A stretch of DNA of 64,000 nt from Lama guanicoe (taxonomy: Eukaryota): positions 11,323,003-11,387,002 of the forward strand of contig MU053934.1 in NCBI GenBank assembly GCA_013239625.1, in the 5' to 3' direction. Position numbers and translations under genes: made by a program. Of this stretch, positions 1-13,289 are shown piece by piece (positions within the stretch are counted from its first letter, which is position 1; each line of letters opens with the position of its first letter). The notes under the pieces were generated by a model. The model ran no database searches, had not been told where the DNA came from, and saw nothing but the letters and a program-made list of their open reading frames with translations.

Positions 1-742
1 GGCCCCCCGGGAGGGCAGTGCTCACACGGGAGGCATGACCCTCCTTGCAGGGGGCGGACACAGGTGGTGATGCTCCGCGACCTCCCTCCTGTGTGGCGGC
101 CCCGTGTCACCTCCCCACCCAGGACAGGGACCCAGGGCGCGTGGGTTGGCAGAACCAATGACAACGCTGTGGGTCCAGGGGGCTCTGTCATCTTCCCGAG
201 TGTCTGCGGAGGGGTCTCTGGCTCTGATGGAACCCCGGGCCCACGGTGACTGTTTTCAAAGCTTTCTTAAAAGGTTTGCTGAGCTCTTGACCCAAACACT
301 TACAACTGGAACTCGTGGCCCCACGCCCACGATTGCACCTAGGTCCCCTTGCAGACGGCAGACTAGCGTGTGGGGCTTCACGTTGTACCATAAACTGGTT
401 TTCCGTGCGGCGGGCTTTAAGAGACCTCATGACTGGTTGGCCGCAGACCACTAACTCCATCCCAGCTGCCAGGTTCTCAGCCTGGTGCCCAGCAGCCAGG
501 GCCACATCCCAAAGGGGCAGCCAGCCCACCCCCACCTCATCATGCCTGGCCGCTCCTCTGAGTGGTCCATGGCTGCTCCCTTCTCTGTGTCCCCCAAACC
601 GTGAGCTGCCCGAGGGCAGGCACCGCCCCATGGCCCTGCCAGCCCGGTTCCCTCACTCAGGGCTTCCATAGATACGTGTGCTACATCGATTAATTGATTA
701 GCTGAACCCCCGGGCATCTGCGGATGCTTGCAGTCCCTAGAC

Positions 743-960
743 CACTGCTCTTCCAAGTGCAGGCCATCACCCCATTAGTGGGGCTGAAAGTAACTTAGTG
801 CATCACTCTTCACATCTGAAAGAAGGAGGAAGAAATGGAATCAAAATATCAGAGCACGTCCCAGGTCTCGAGGGTGATGGCCATTCCACGACGCGTACAC
901 GTCACAACGTGGGGTAACGCAGTGACCAGTGCAGGCCGCCGCGAGAAGCTGGAGACCCAG
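743..960. mobile_element. hAT-Charlie family MITE remnant
   Basis: Starts CACTGCTCTTCCAAGTGCAGG...CCCATTAGTGGGGCTGAAAGTAACTTAGTG...AAAATATCAGAGCAC, resembling Charlie/MER hAT non-autonomous consensus; subfamily uncertain. Confidence 0.55.
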
Positions 961-1771
961 AGTCCTGCGGGGACGGGGGAACCTGGCACCTGTGGTTCCC
1001 GCGATCCCTGGTCCAAGCACTGCCTCGTGCCCGGTCTCTGCTCTGTGATGTTGCTCTGCCCTGGGCAAGGTGACCAGGTGGACATCCGAGGCTCTCCCCA
1101 AGGTCACGAGCAGCGTCCCCTCCTTGACACCCATGCAGCTCCCGCTCCCCGAGCCAGGCTGCAGGGTGGCCGCCCCCTCAGCTCCGTGGCTCGCACTGTC
1201 CGCGGAGGCACGGCTGACCAGGCGAGGGAATGGAGAAGGAAAAGTCCAGGGTCCCATGTGGGAATGTGGGTCCCATTTCTCTGTTCCCACTTCTGCCACC
1301 TAGAAACCCTGGCGGGACAGGACGTGAAGGAGGGGAGGGGCACGATTCCCCTGGCACAAGGTGAAGGGGGCAGAGGCAGCAGCAGAGCCAAAGGGGGACA
1401 GGTGGACTCAGACAAGCTGAGCCAGGCCCCAGGGGATGGGGGGATGGTTCTGTCTTCAGCCCCCAGGATGCAGGAGTCGGGGCTCAGGACCCCCTGTGTG
1501 TGGAGTGGAGGAAGCGCTGGAACAGCAGGGCCTGTGGAAAAGACTTGGGGCTCCCAGGTGCCCCCTTCCTGGCCCCTAGGTGGGGCACCCTGTGCATCCT
1601 GCAGGGCCTGGGCCCACCAGGGGCTCTCCCTGGGGAGGAATCACACCTGAGCAACTCTGGACCCACAACGCCAGCGTCACAGGTGGAGGGAACTTCCCGC
1701 AAACCCCGAGCCCTGAGCACCGAGGGCATAGTCAGGACACGGGACTTCTTTCCTGAGAGGTTTAGGGTCTG

Positions 1772-2015
1772 AGCATCCTGCGTAGCAAGTGGCCACGCTC
1801 CAGGTGACTTAGAGCAACAAAAATCATTCTTCACAGGGTGGAGGCCAGAAGTCTGAGATCCAGGGGTCGTTGGGGCCGCACACCCTCCGACGTGTCGGGG
1901 AGGGTCCTTCCTGCCTCTCCCGGCCTCTGGTGTTTGCCTGCACACTGGGCGGTCCTGGGCGGTCCTGGGCGGTCCTGGGCTGTGGTTCTTGCCTGTGCAT
2001 CCAACTCCTCTCTTC
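1772..2015 (-). mobile_element. MLT1 (ERVL-MaLR) LTR fragment
   Basis: GACTTAGAGCAACAAAAATCATTCTTCACAGGGTGGAGGCCAGAAGTCTGAGATCCAGGGGTCG is typical reverse-strand MLT1C/D sequence. Confidence 0.8.
1945..1980. repeat. 10-bp tandem repeat (GGTCCTGGGC)x3.5
   Basis: Directly visible; arose within the MLT1 LTR. Confidence 0.9.
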
Positions 2016-2363
2016 CCCGCCAAGCCCAGTGCAGAAACCTGGGAGCTGAGAGCTGGGCTCTGAGGCCCTTCTGTGAAGCCCGCCACCCACCCGTCGGTGC
2101 TCCAGCGTCCCGATCCTCTGCGTGGTGGGGACACAGGATCCCTGAGGAGCGAGATGGCAGACACAGACCTCGGGAGAAGGGCTCAGGGACCCAGAGGAGA
2201 CGGAGCACTGGAGAGGACAGTGAAGCCGACAGGCTCACCGGCCACGGTGGCTTTAACCCCCGGGTCGGGTGGTGTTTGCTACGAGGTGGTAGCTTCCTGG
2301 AGCGAGGAGTTAAAGAGCAGTGAGAAGACAGAAGTGCGTCTGGAGGTGCCACACGCACACGTG

Positions 2364-2397
2364 GTGTGTGTCTGTGTGCGTGTGCGTGTGCGTGTGC
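2364..2397. repeat. TG/(TGTGCG)n microsatellite
   Basis: gtgtgtgtctgtgtgcgtgtgcgtgtgcgtgtgc. Confidence 0.85.
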
Positions 2398-2449
2398 GGC
2401 AGAGTTTGCTGAAGCCCCAGGGAGTGTTTGGGACGTCAACCAGAGGACG

Positions 2450-2900
2450 TCTCAGAAAAGCAGGAGTGGAACTTAAAAAAACAAGTAGGAGAGGGGGACA
2501 GAGCAGACGGCAAGAGCGATCCGGGAGACCTAGAGAGCCTCAGGCCAAAAATAGAGAGAAGCCAAGACGGACCATCAAAGCGGAATTTTCTGAAACACTT
2601 CGCGGTGCCCAAAGCCCCGCCGCCTGTGCGCGGGGACGCTCCCCGGGCCAGAGACGGATGAATGAGGGCCCGTCCTAAGGCGTGTCAGCGTGAAGTTTCA
2701 GGCCACGGGAGATGAAAAACACGTTCTGAAAACTCAGAGGGAAAAAATAGGCCACATTCAAAGACGCAGACATCAGAGGGTATCTGGCTCCCCGGCGGCG
2801 GCGTTCAGGCCGGAGAGCGGCAGCGCGGCCCTTGCGGGGTCCAGGGCGTGCTGGAGCTCCACGCGCGCGGCCGCGCCCCTGGCCGGGGGAGACCGCCCGC
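2450..2900 (+). mobile_element. Ancient L1M ORF1 fragment
   Basis: Translation VKFQATGDEKHVLKTQREKIGHIQ resembles L1 ORF1p IVKFQNTRDKEKILKASREKKQVTY; the downstream sequence follows the ORF1 C-terminal consensus. Confidence 0.7.
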
Positions 2901-3849
2901 CTGGAATCCGTGACGGGGACAGCCCTCCGGGGGGCGGGGGCAGGCCCGCAGGCGGCCCCACCCTCAGGAGGATGCGGGTGAAGCGTCCGGGGGTGAGGGT
3001 GGAGGGGCCAGGACGCTGGGTGCAGCCAGCACAGCCCGCTGCCGCAGGACGGGCTCCCGGAGGGCTCCCCCAGGGAGGGGGTGAAGGGCTCCCTGACAGA
3101 TGCGCCCAGAGAGCTGTGGCTGAGCCCCAAATGCGTCTGGCGCCAGGGAGTGGAATAACCTGAAGCTTCCCCAGGAAGGTCACCACAGGGGACAGTACAC
3201 GGGGAATGCCTGGGAGCCTCGGGTCTGGTCCAGCCTCTCCTCCACTCACGTCCACGCCACACGGATGTCTGCCCCGTTGCCTGCTGGGCTGCCCCCAGGG
3301 AGGTCTGGTCACTCGCACAGTGGACACAGGCACTTCCTCCCAGAACCTCCCGTGGGTCACGGGCACCACTTCCCAAGGGGGTGACCACTGAGCCGGCGTA
3401 GCCAGGAGACGTCAGGAAAGAGGGTCCACGGGGCACCTGCAGCTTGGGCCAGGGCGTCACCTGGAGGGAGTGAAGAGGGTGGTGAAAGGGGACACCCTCC
3501 ATCCAGGGGCTGAGGTGCGTGGACCCCACCCCAAGCTAACCATCCGCCACCTGCCCTCCAAGGAGCCCAGGAGGGACCTGTGTCCTCTGTGCACACCACG
3601 TCCTCCCAAAGGCGAGAGGCTTTTGTGCAGGAGGGTCTGGGATTAAGGTGTCGAGAGACAGAGCGGACAGTGGGCGTTCACCCAGGCGTGACTCAGAACC
3701 TGCACAAACAGCAAACAGCACCCATCATCGCGCCGATCCCCGTCTGCAATCCGTTTTTGTTCTTTGAATCCCGGCTATTCATCACCGCGATGACAGCTGG
3801 ACATTTTAACAGATTCTGTGTGTAAACACGGCGTCGATGGCTGGCCCAG

Positions 3850-3867
3850 CCCCCCCCCCCCCCCCCC
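3850..3867. repeat. Poly(C)18 mononucleotide run
   Basis: Directly visible. Confidence 0.95.
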
Positions 3868-5754
3868 ATGAGCACCGACGTTCTTCATCTTCTTGGAGAA
3901 ATGAAACCAGAAGCAAAACGCTTGGGTCTGACCACGCCCACGGCATTTCCGTCGGACCTTCGGCCAGTTCCGCAGGAGGAGGCACCCCTCGCTGGCGGCT
4001 GTTCACGGTAACAGTGCTGCATTCGCCTCAGGGTTCCTTCAAGTAGCTGCTCTTTGAATCTTTCTATTTTAAATGATTTACATAAATGGCGAGGGTTGAA
4101 ATCGGAGCAGATGTGTCCAGTGGAGAAAGACGGTGGGGTCAGGGCAGTGCTGACGCCACAGGGATGCCAGGCAGCCTGCTGAGAGCACAGGGTCACGGCC
4201 AGGGTCTGGTCAGCCGAGTTCTGACCTGCTAGTCCGTACCTTGGGGTGGCCATCCTGTTGACCCTACACGGGCAGCCGGGCCCCAAGATCAGTACCTCAG
4301 TTTTGCCCCCACCGCCTCCCTGCTCTGCGTCCTCCTTGGCTCCATCTTGGATGCTGGGATGCAGGAATGAAGCTCTCACGGTCCGCAGATCTCAGGAGGC
4401 AGCGGGTACCCCTCGAGGATCCCCAGAGGGGCTGGTTTGGGAGCTGAGAGAGTGGCTGTTGCTTAGAAACTGAGGTCGTGGTTGCTGAATAACTGGAGGA
4501 GCACAGGAGGGCCCTGGCCAGGTACCCACGTCCTGCAGCTCAGCCTGATGGAGGGGGCCCGGGATCTGAGAATTCCACGTGGTCCCGAGTCTCAGCAATG
4601 CTAAGGGAGGCTGGGGCCCACCGTAGACACGACGTGTGTCCCAAATGGAGAAACCTGCAGAGCTACTGCGCTGAACAGGAACCTCCTCATTCCAGAACCC
4701 GCTACCCCGACCCTGCCCATCTCAGCCATCCATGCCAGCCATGGGCTGTCCAGGCCTGCCATCTCCCCTGGCCCTGCCACCTCCCCTGGCTCTGCGCCCG
4801 GCTCAGAGTGCCCCTGAGGCTCCGGGAGCGGAAGGGGCCCCTCGGAATTGGGCTGTGCGTCCCCGGCAGTCCTGCAAGCACGCATGTTCGCGCCTCGTCA
4901 GCAGTGTGTCCTTAATAGGGGCTGACAAATTTCCAAGTCCCCAGTTCCCAGGAGGGCCTCTTGAATGAATACTATTTGTTGATTCCAGGTTTCAGGAACT
5001 AATTGGACAAAAATACTGGCAAAGTCAAATACAGGTTGACTATGTCCTTGTAATCTCACGCACGTCATTGTTTAGTGATTTTTTTTTTTTGTAAAGGACA
5101 ATAGTAAATCTGATCCTTCTTAACGGTGCTGTGAGAATCAGGTCCTGTACCTGAGGTGGAGTTAAGTCAGCACGTGCACGGCGGGAATCCTCCAGGCCAT
5201 GACGTCCTTCCCACCCCAGCGTGGTTCTGGTTCTGTTTCAGAACAACCATTGGTCTGTGGCATCTGCTGCACCTGCACCCAGGCTGCCCTCTTGCCCCCC
5301 GAGGTGACCCTGACCCGCCGTCCCCAGCCCTGCCCCGCCGCCCACACAGCAGCCCTGAGGAGGAGGAGCCTCACCGCCACCCCCTCCCCATGGCTTCCGG
5401 GCGCCGCAGTGGGCGTGAAATACGGCATTTGGCAGAGACGTTAGTTAAAGATCAGTCTTGAAAAATGAAATGGAAGGATTTGTGTCTCGATCCAAATTAC
5501 TTGAAATGTCAACTCCCCATTAAGCTGAGACACACCGGGTGATGTAGGTGCTGGGACAGTGCCAACACCAGCATCGTCATCACTGCACCTCTGTCCCTGG
5601 GTCCCCTCCTCCCGCCTCCTCCCTGAACCAGAGCATAATCTCAGGCCCACCTGGCCTGGCGTGGCCCCTCTGCACCTCCCTGTTCCAAGCTGGTCCAGAG
5701 CTGCCGTCCCGACGGGCCGTCCTCCCCGGGACGGCTGTGATGCATATTTGGGTG

Positions 5755-5835
5755 GGTGACCTGGCGGGAGTCCCTTCCACTCTCTGAGCCTCAGTTCCCT
5801 CATCTGTGCAGGAGGTAACCGTGCCCCAGGCTGAG
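5755..5835 (+). mobile_element. MIR SINE core fragment
   Basis: CTCTCTGAGCCTCAGTTCCCTCATCTGT MIR core. Confidence 0.8.
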
Positions 5836-8779
5836 CTCACCGGTCTCCAGGGCTTCGAGAAGGGGACTGATGGACAGGAAACACTTCTAAACACCCAGGG
5901 AGTCTCTGCAGGTGAAGGATGGTCATTGTCCTCCTGCGGCGCCTTCCAGAATATTCGGGAGTGGTCAGGCTCCTGATGGCTGCGTCAGAATGGAGCCACG
6001 CCCCGATGCCTCCTGAAGCCCTCCCGCCCATCTGGTCGTCAGCGCATGTGGCGGGAGCAGTAGGCACCGGGCACATCTCTCCGCTGCGCGTGCCTCAGGT
6101 GCGTCTGGCCTGGTGCAGTCACGGCCACCTGGCTTCAGGTTTTCGTAGGATTGGGGCGCGTGATGGGCTGCAGTGGTGAGAAGACCAGCAGGCGAGGTGG
6201 CTGCCCGCCTGGGGGTCTCCCCTTCACACTGTGCAGCCCGGGCCCCAGCGGCCTGGCCGGGAGGAGAGGCCAGGGTCGGGGTGCCCTGCCCTGGAAGGGG
6301 CAGGGGTAGCGGGAAGAGACATGGGGCGGGAGAAAGTCGGAGGAGGGGGCATACCAATCGGCCATCCTCCAAACTCTGACCTCTCACTGGGATCAGCCCC
6401 CATGGCGAGCCGCCTTTGGGGTCCCATGAAGATCGAGGGTCTCTGCACATCACCCAACCTTCCCGGCCAGCCTGGGGCAAGCAGGGCCTCACACCCCGCC
6501 AGGAGCTGAGAGGAAGGATGTAGACTTGCTCCCCCTGAGCCTGCCAGCCCGTTCCATCTACAAGGGAATAAAAAAGCATCGCAGCCAAAATACAAACGCA
6601 GGCCCGTGAGCGAACGAGCCCCGTCTGTGGGAGGCAGCACTTCCTGAAGACTTAGAAGCGGGGTGAACTCTGGAAATAGTTCCCTGCGGGAGACACAGGC
6701 TCCAGGAGAGCGTCTGCTTGTAGCATCGGAGACACAGAGGCTGTGACTGTGACCTGGGAGCGCAGAGCCAGAGCAGAAGGCAGCCTGGGGCGAAATGCAA
6801 CATGCGGAGGTTTGCTGGGTGGACTAGAGGCTGAACACAGAAGGGCCCGCCGTCAGGGTGGATGGGGATGTGGACGGAAGCTGCAGACAATGGCAGTGCC
6901 CCTGCGGAGGTGGATGCGGTGATGTGGACACATCTCAAACCGAGAGATAACTCATCAGAGATGCAGGAGATGGAGCCAAAGAGAGAGAAGCCATAAGTAC
7001 AAAGACAGAGGCTCCGCATCCAACCTGAGGCAGTGGACACAGCCGGGGAAGCCACCAGGGCGAGGACAGAAGGAACGGCCAGGTGACGGTGGTAAGAGAG
7101 GTCTGCCGAGTAGCTTCCCTGAGCGGGGAGCCCCCCACTAGAGCAGAACCAGAGCGCCCGGGGCGGGGCTCCCCACGCCGCCTGGGAATGGAGAGAAGGA
7201 AGGAAATCTGTAATCGCCCAGGCTGTACTGGGGAAGGACATAAGGGCAGGAGGGCAGACGAGCCGCCTTGAACTCAGGAGACCTGAACAAGCGTGAGAGG
7301 GAGGACCGTGTCCAGGGATCTGTCGAGAAAGCGTTCCGCTTCCGCTTGTGAACACAGTCCTGTGTCTGGTGGTTGTGCTGGACAGAGGACGTAAACAGGA
7401 CAGCTTTCAATTTGCGAGGATGCGGAAAGTATACCACCCACGTACCTTTCTGGAAAAGTCAATGACGGATGTCTGGAGTCAATCAAAGAAATAGCAATGA
7501 GTGGCTGGTGACTGGAAAGGTCACAGGCCACGGGTAAGAAGATCAGCGGTGACTGTTGATGCCAGCTAACTACGTGGAGCTTGGATAGAACTTATGCCTG
7601 TGGCCGTGGTGACACCATTGACAGAATTGGCAACAGCACATTTAACCTTCTCTGTACATTGTGGAGAACATTTTTGTGAAGTAATGAACTGGTTTGTAAC
7701 CTCGGGTTAAATTGACAATGCCGGCGGGGACTGTGGGGAGCTGCAGGCAGAGAAAAGTCAGCATCTCTTCCTGCAGAGAAGGAACTTACATCATTATGGA
7801 AATGGCTTAATCACTAAAAGTGCACTTAATTGACATAAAAGCCACCGCTAATAGAAACAAGACATGATTTCTTCTAAACTACAGTGGAAGAAAAAGCAAG
7901 GAAAACTGTGTATAAAGAAATAAATCATGGGAGAAAGAGAACTGAAAATCAGTGTGGAACATGCTGTTCACGGCAGAAATTCAGCACCAGTGGTGACAAT
8001 AAATGTAAGTGGGTTAGCATCTTCTGCTAAAAGACAAAGACTATCAAATCAGGTTTTTTAAGTAGTCAAATGTGCGTTGCCTTCTAAGGGCACTCGTACA
8101 AGCAAACAAAGAGTTTAAAAGCAAATAATGAACAAGGAGGTACCAGGCAAATGAAATGGAAAGCAAATCGTAGGTAAAATGATGAAATTGGAGCAACCCG
8201 GGGGCGTGTGTTAGCACACATTAGACGCACATATGATTGGTGACACACATCGATCCATTATAGTTCAGGTGTCCCAGAAACCTTCACGCCCTGATTAGCG
8301 TGAGTTTATAGGAAGCAAACCCAGTTACAAGTAAACGAACTGACCATAAACACAATTTTTAGTTGGAATTTAAACAACTCTTAGATCCGTGTTAAGGTCA
8401 AGTAAACGCCACTGATAACGATGCTAACCAGAGCCGGGGCAAAGAGGTTTTGAATAATAAACGCCACGATCGAGTCTGCAGCCGCATTCTCAGCAGGCTT
8501 TTTCCGATTTCCTGCCATTTGCGAAACCTCCATGAGAGTGTCCATGAGCCAAGTTTCTAATTAAAGCTCAAGAAGAGCAAGGAGTTTGCCAGCCTTCTTT
8601 TCCAGTCACAACGCAGTGTGTTTAAAACTATACCCAAAATAACCATCATAACGCTGGCAACCGGAACCTCCCTGTAATTCATTAGCTGAGGGATGGAGTA
8701 AAATCTGCAGCCACGCCCACAGGTCACATGGGGGTGCGAGGTCAGCCTTCCCGGTTCCGTTCCTGGGCAGAGAAGCTGT

Positions 8780-8950
8780 AATCAGCTTACCTCAGGGACC
8801 TGACTTCGCCCCCGTGGCTCAGTTTCTGCATCTGTAAAATGGGCAGGATGCTCTTCCCCAGCTCCCAGGGCTGCTGTAAGGACGGGAGGAGTTAGAACCT
8901 TGACAGCGTTCCTCGGGGCCAGCGCTTACCGGACCATGACGTGTGTGTAT
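8780..8950 (+). mobile_element. MIR SINE
   Basis: CTCAGTTTCTGCATCTGTAAAATGGG...CAGGGCTGCTGTAAGGA core. Confidence 0.85.
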
Positions 8951-10387
8951 TTGAGTTACTGTTAAGCCTCATTTCGAACGTGCTGAGGATAACACGGGGC
9001 ACCAGCAGGTCTGGGGACGGATGGACTCATCTGTGTACTTGTGTCTTCAGTCACTTTATTTTTAACTCAGGAAGAATGAAAACAAAGAACCCAAGCTCTG
9101 GGAAAAGCCATCCTCAAAAAGAGAGGAGAAAACTGTAAAGATGACAAAGAAAAGTTAATCACTGTTTCTGAAAGCATGGAATTGATTGTTGCATCTCTGG
9201 CAACACGAGAGAAATGCGTTTTTACCTCTGTCATGTGTAAATTTTTTTTAAGTTAGGAAGTCAGCCTGGAGGGAGGAAGGGAGGTCAGCATGCACTGCGG
9301 CCTCGCGTGACTCAAGTTGGTCCTGCGCAGCCGGTCTGCCGAGCGCTCTGTGTGGAAACTGGATTGCGTGTATGATTTTCTGGGGGGAAATCACCAAAAA
9401 TAAGTAAAGGAGTGGGAACGGCTAAAATTCCCCAGTGAAAGTTCCAGACTGAGAGATTTTAACTGGCGTGCTCTTGATAATGCTCAGAGCGCAGGGATCT
9501 CTTCCCCTCAGACTGGGAAATGTGGAAATGACCACTCTCCTCGTAGGAACTAGTGAAATCTTGATGCCGGAAAGGTCCCGAGAGTAAGAAAAGTGCACAA
9601 GAAAGCCGCTTTGTTCAACAAAGACTTCTGAGTCTGTGACGTGGGCTGGGGCCACGCCTGGCCCTCGGGGAGCAGGCATTGTTCTGGGGTTGCAGGTACC
9701 TCTCTGGGACCCCGGCCTCCTGGAACGCGCCTTCTCTGGTGGCAGTGATGACTGGGACACACGTCTTCCTGACCTGCGTGAAGGAGCCACAGGCTGACTT
9801 CTGCAGTCCTTTCAAAAAAGGCCAGCACACAGTAGGTTTATGTAAGAGACGTAAATACATTTTAATATTTCAGAATCTGGTGGAATGACCAACCACATCA
9901 GGAAAAAAATAAAATACGTGTCCTAATTCAGAAGACGCTGAAAAAGGCACCAGGCAGACACTGGGTTTATTTCTCAGAAGACATCAGAGGAGTGACCGCC
10001 CAGACCTCCAGGCCAGCCTGCAGGAAAAGGCGGGCCTCCCTGCAGCCTGGCGTCCCCCCGAAACCAAAGCCACCTTGCACTGAGGCGGCCCTGCCCCACC
10101 TGTACCAGGGCCGAGGCCCGGGCCAGCTGTCGTGAGGCTGGCCTGCAGTCACCTGGGGACTGGGGACTTCTTAGCGAAGCTCCAGCAGATGCACTCCCAG
10201 AAGTGTTTGATGGGAGAAATGCAGTCAGTGGTGCTTACAGACAAGGAACAAACTCTGGAGAGTCACCTGAAATGCCTCGGAAACTAATTAGGAAGTTTAT
10301 TAAATTGGACCCATCATGAACGTGGAAGGTTCTCCACTTGTATTCGGCCGTAAGCTTTCATAGACACAGACGAGCTGCGGTCCAGAT

Positions 10388-10450
10388 CAGAGGTCGGCAA
10401 ACTGCCACCTGCTGGCCGGGTCCGGCCCCCGGCCTACTTTTGTAAACAGC
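10388..10450 (+). mobile_element. MER58-like hAT MITE 5' end
   Basis: CAGAGGTCGGCAAACTGCCACCTGCTGGCCGGGTCCGGCCC...TTTTTGTAAA resembles the MER58A terminus. Confidence 0.7.
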
Positions 10451-10639
10451 AGGTGCTGGGAAAACTGGCGGACATGCAAGTTGGATCCTGAGCCTCGCAC
10501 CACATCCCGGGTTAAATCCCCGGGGATTCCAGTTGTGACCTATGACACCTGAAATTCTGAGACGGCGGGGGCCCAGTCCAGGTGAACATTCGTGCTCGGG
10601 GAGGGAGGGCGCTGCACAGCGGTGCTCAGTAATGACTGG

Positions 10640-10760
10640 TGATGGCAAGTGATGGTCGCGGACACTCAGTGATGCCATCCTGGCCACGCACACAGATCCA
10701 CCTGTCCAGGCTGACAGCCACCAGGGCCCGCGTTTTAGATGAGGACACCGAGGCCTTCTG
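10640..10760 (-). mobile_element. MIR fragment
   Basis: GTTTTAGATGAGGACACCGAGGC, reverse MIR core. Confidence 0.55.
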
Positions 10761-13289
10761 CAGGGCCCCCTCTCAGGTGCAGCCCTGACTCACCGTGACA
10801 TCCCAAACTTCGGAAAGTCAAGCTCCCCCCCAGAGAACAGAGGCAGAGCACAAGGTGGGCATCGGGGGACCCGCCCAGCAGGAGCGGGTTCCTAACCCCG
10901 GGGTGGGGTAGCACGCAGACACGGGCGCACGGCCCAGAGGTGGGGAATTCCTAAAACCGAAAGCGGGGACGGCCTCGAGGGTGCCGGTCAGCGCGGAGAC
11001 TTGCCCGTCTTTCCCGAAAGCGCTCAGACGACGTCATGGAGAGAATCAGAAATGCGTGTTTTAGCCCCTTTGGAAAAGTCTGGCAGTGGCTCAAAATGTC
11101 AGACACAGAGCTGTGACCCTGCACTGCTCTCCCGACGCTGCTGCAAACAGACAGATGTGGAAGGACATTCGAGCCGGAAAGGGTTTGACTGACAGGGGCT
11201 GGCGGCTGGCAGGGTCATTGCACCCTCCGCTGAGTCCAGTGCGGAGGTGACCTCCCCACCCCTTGAAAGCAGACACAGGAAATGGATCAGCGAGGGTGGA
11301 CCTGAGCTTCCCGGGCACGCGGGCCGCCCTCACCGCTGCGCAGGGCCAGGGGTCAGCGGGAGCCCCTCTGCTGCCACCTCCGAGGCTGCGTCCCCCGCCC
11401 GCCCACCCTGCCGACGCCAGGCCGCCTTGCTGGCGTCGCGGTTGAACTTGGGCTGACAGGGCAGCTGTGAGCCGCAGTCGGCCGGGGCCGTCGTCCTCTG
11501 ATGCCAGCGGGGCTCTCGTTGCTGGCCCGGGACTGGATTAGTCAAGTGACGGGTGGGACTTCAAAGGCCGACTCGGCCTCCGGACAGAGAGGGCACGGAT
11601 CTGAGGCTGGTATGCACTTGTCAACACTCCTTTAAGAAAAGCCGCAGGAAGCTGGCAGTCCCCAGGCAGTTGAGTGTGTGTGGCTGTCCAGGCAGCCTGC
11701 TGCAGAGCTGGGTGACCTGGGTGACGCCTGGCCGTCCTGGGACACGGGCACAGGGTACCAGCAGCATCGAGGCAGTGGGGGCGGCATCCTGTCTCCCTGG
11801 AGGGCATGGGTGGGGCTGAGCTGGGCCAAGTATATTCCGTGAGGGGAACAGGGCCAGCCTCAGCCTGGGGGCCTCGTCCAGCGGGGCACCTCCGGCAGGA
11901 GCCGGGCGGCACCTGGACAGGATGCTGCAGGGGTCCCGGGCCTCCCTCAGGTGGAGTGGAGCTCTTAGCGGCTTCCCTAACCCAGGACCCAGTGAGCCTG
12001 AGGCCAGGCGCCCACCACCTGCAGGGTGGGCGGAGCCAGGGGTCCCTGCCTGAGGCCCGGGGCCGGGCCCTGGACCGGGGAGCGTTAGTTTTCGGTGCTG
12101 GGTACACACTTCTGGACTGGGAACCGTCTTACCGCTCGGCGGGTTGGAGGCCCAGCATGGCGCGGCCGCCTCTCTGCCTGGGGCTCGTGAGGGGAGTCGA
12201 GGTGCGGGCCGGGCTGCACTCGCCGGAGGCTCGGGAAGCACCCTGTCCCAGGCCCCCTCCCAGGTGGCAGGATTTGGGTCCCGGGTGCTGTAGGACTGAG
12301 GCCTGCTTCCTCGCGCCTGTCGCTGGGGGCCTGGCTGCCCCGGAGGTCGGCACGCTCCTCCAGGCGGCGCATCCGACCTGGGTGGCGGCAGGGTCGGGGC
12401 TGTGCGTCTGTCCCTGGCGCCCCTGGTGGCTGTGGTTCCGCTGACAGGGTCTCCCCCCGACACTCCTGTGTGGGCGCCACCTCTGTCCTGCCTTCACTTC
12501 TAGAAAATGGAGTAAGAACTAAGGTACTTGTGGGACCTGTGACCGCAGATCCTCCGGGCCGGCCGTCTCTGCATCCTCCGCCTCGTCCTGCTCGCCACGG
12601 TCCCGGGGCGTGCAGTTTACTTCCAGCAGCCTCCTGGCTGCCCTGTGCGGTGCGGGCCGCGCGCTGCTCCCCCGGGCGGTGGGCCGACGGCCGCTGCAGG
12701 GCCCTGGGCCACGGTGCCGGGTGCTTCCCTGAGAGAAGGGGGCCTGGGCTGTGGCGGGACTTCGTGAGCAGACCGCCTTGGCAAACCCCCACCCCCGGGG
12801 AACCCCATGACGGGTGCCGTCACTTTCTCTGGGACTAAGGGCCCAGTTTCCGTTTATTTACTCCAGGGCTCATAGACCCAGAGAAGCCAAGACGGAGCAT
12901 TCTTGGGCCCTGATTCTCGGATGTGCAGGCGTCCTGCGGGAGAAGGTGAGGGGGTCCTGGTGAGCTTGTCGGGGGCAGCCGTGCTCTGCTCGCACCCTCT
13001 CCTCCCGTGGAAGGGGGAGCCGTGCGCCTGTGTGGTCCCGATTCAGACGCCCCTTTAGAGGATGTGGAGACGGAGGGTCTCAGCCACATTCTTCCCAAGA
13101 CCCCAGACCTCACCGGTGACAGACCCCAGCCGAGCTCTGTCGGGGAGGGGTGATGGTGAGGCAGGGAGGGCGCACTGGGGTGGCTGCAAGGAGGTGACTG
13201 CTGCCGGGGTCCTGTACCTCACACTATCTGAGCCCCGGGTCAGCACGGCCATGCAAAGGCCCCCAGGGCCGGGCGAGCAGTTGTCCAGA

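Larger units (their letters stand above)
6900..10560 (+). mobile_element. Decayed L1ME-type LINE (ORF1 end, ORF2 endonuclease, RT and C-terminal remnants), interrupted by other repeats
   Basis: ORF1-end motif AGTATACCACCCACGTACCTTTCTGGAAA (~7430). EN start TINVSGLASSAKRQRLS (~7995; consensus TINVNGLNSPIKRQRLS). RT motif SEDAEKG (~9930; consensus SIDAEKA). C-terminal CWENW/KLDP-like sequence (~10455-10500). Confidence 0.8.
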
